Source of the DNA: an uncultured Bacilli bacterium
Lineage (GTDB): Bacteria > Bacillota_I > Bacilli_A > RF39 > UBA660
NCBI GenBank assembly: GCA_947588765.1
Contig: CANPZG010000005.1
Location: 1 to 42,926 of the forward strand
DNA: 42,926 bases
Reading direction: 5' to 3'
Shown: positions 42,851 to 42,926 of the stretch, one piece after another
Numbering within the stretch: the first letter of the stretch is position 1
Layout: each line of letters begins with the position of its first letter
Program-made: the position numbers and the translations under genes
The notes under the pieces: generated by a model
The model's input: only the letters and a program-made list of their open reading frames with translations
Databases searched by the model: none
What the model was told of the DNA's origin: nothing

Positions 42851-42926
42851 ATCGAGTAGAGTAAATTTTCAATAATTTGACTTATTGATATGATACCCTC
42901 TCACACCACCGTACATACCGTTCGGT
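42851..42926 (-). mobile_element. 3' end of a class C-like group II intron (partial DV plus DVI), cut by the window edge
   Basis: ACCGAACGGTATGTACGGTGG-TGTGAGAGGG...TACTCT-A-CTCGAT. Confidence 0.85.

Overview
Very AT-rich Bacillota chromosomal window. Gene content and style suggest an uncultured, reduced-genome Bacilli lineage such as RF39; this is inference. The core backbone lies mostly on the minus strand: tRNA-Leu, tRNA-Ile2, tgt, a ruvB-folD-glyA-thyX-tmk-queA block, a CIRCE-controlled hrcA-grpE-dnaK-pepF-dnaJ operon, tRNA-Arg, the sporulation genes spoIIIAH/gerE/gerM, and a T-box-controlled ileS; spoIVB is on the plus strand. Accessory inserts are: (1) an AbiD/AbiF-like HEPN gene followed by a small RNA candidate with its own promoter, bracketed by a duplicated 5' end of an ADP-ribosylglycohydrolase gene; (2) a ~290 bp MITE-like element; (3) two paralogous proteins with SipW-type signal peptides, one fused to GLUG repeats; (4) a C39 ABC exporter cluster with two double-glycine peptides, one missed by the ORF track; (5) an orphan group II intron domain V-VI module in the leader of a glycine-rich surface protein gene, and a second class C-like intron 3' end at the window edge; (6) an unannotated type I toxin-antitoxin-like locus. 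The IleRS has GLHH in place of the HIGH motif.
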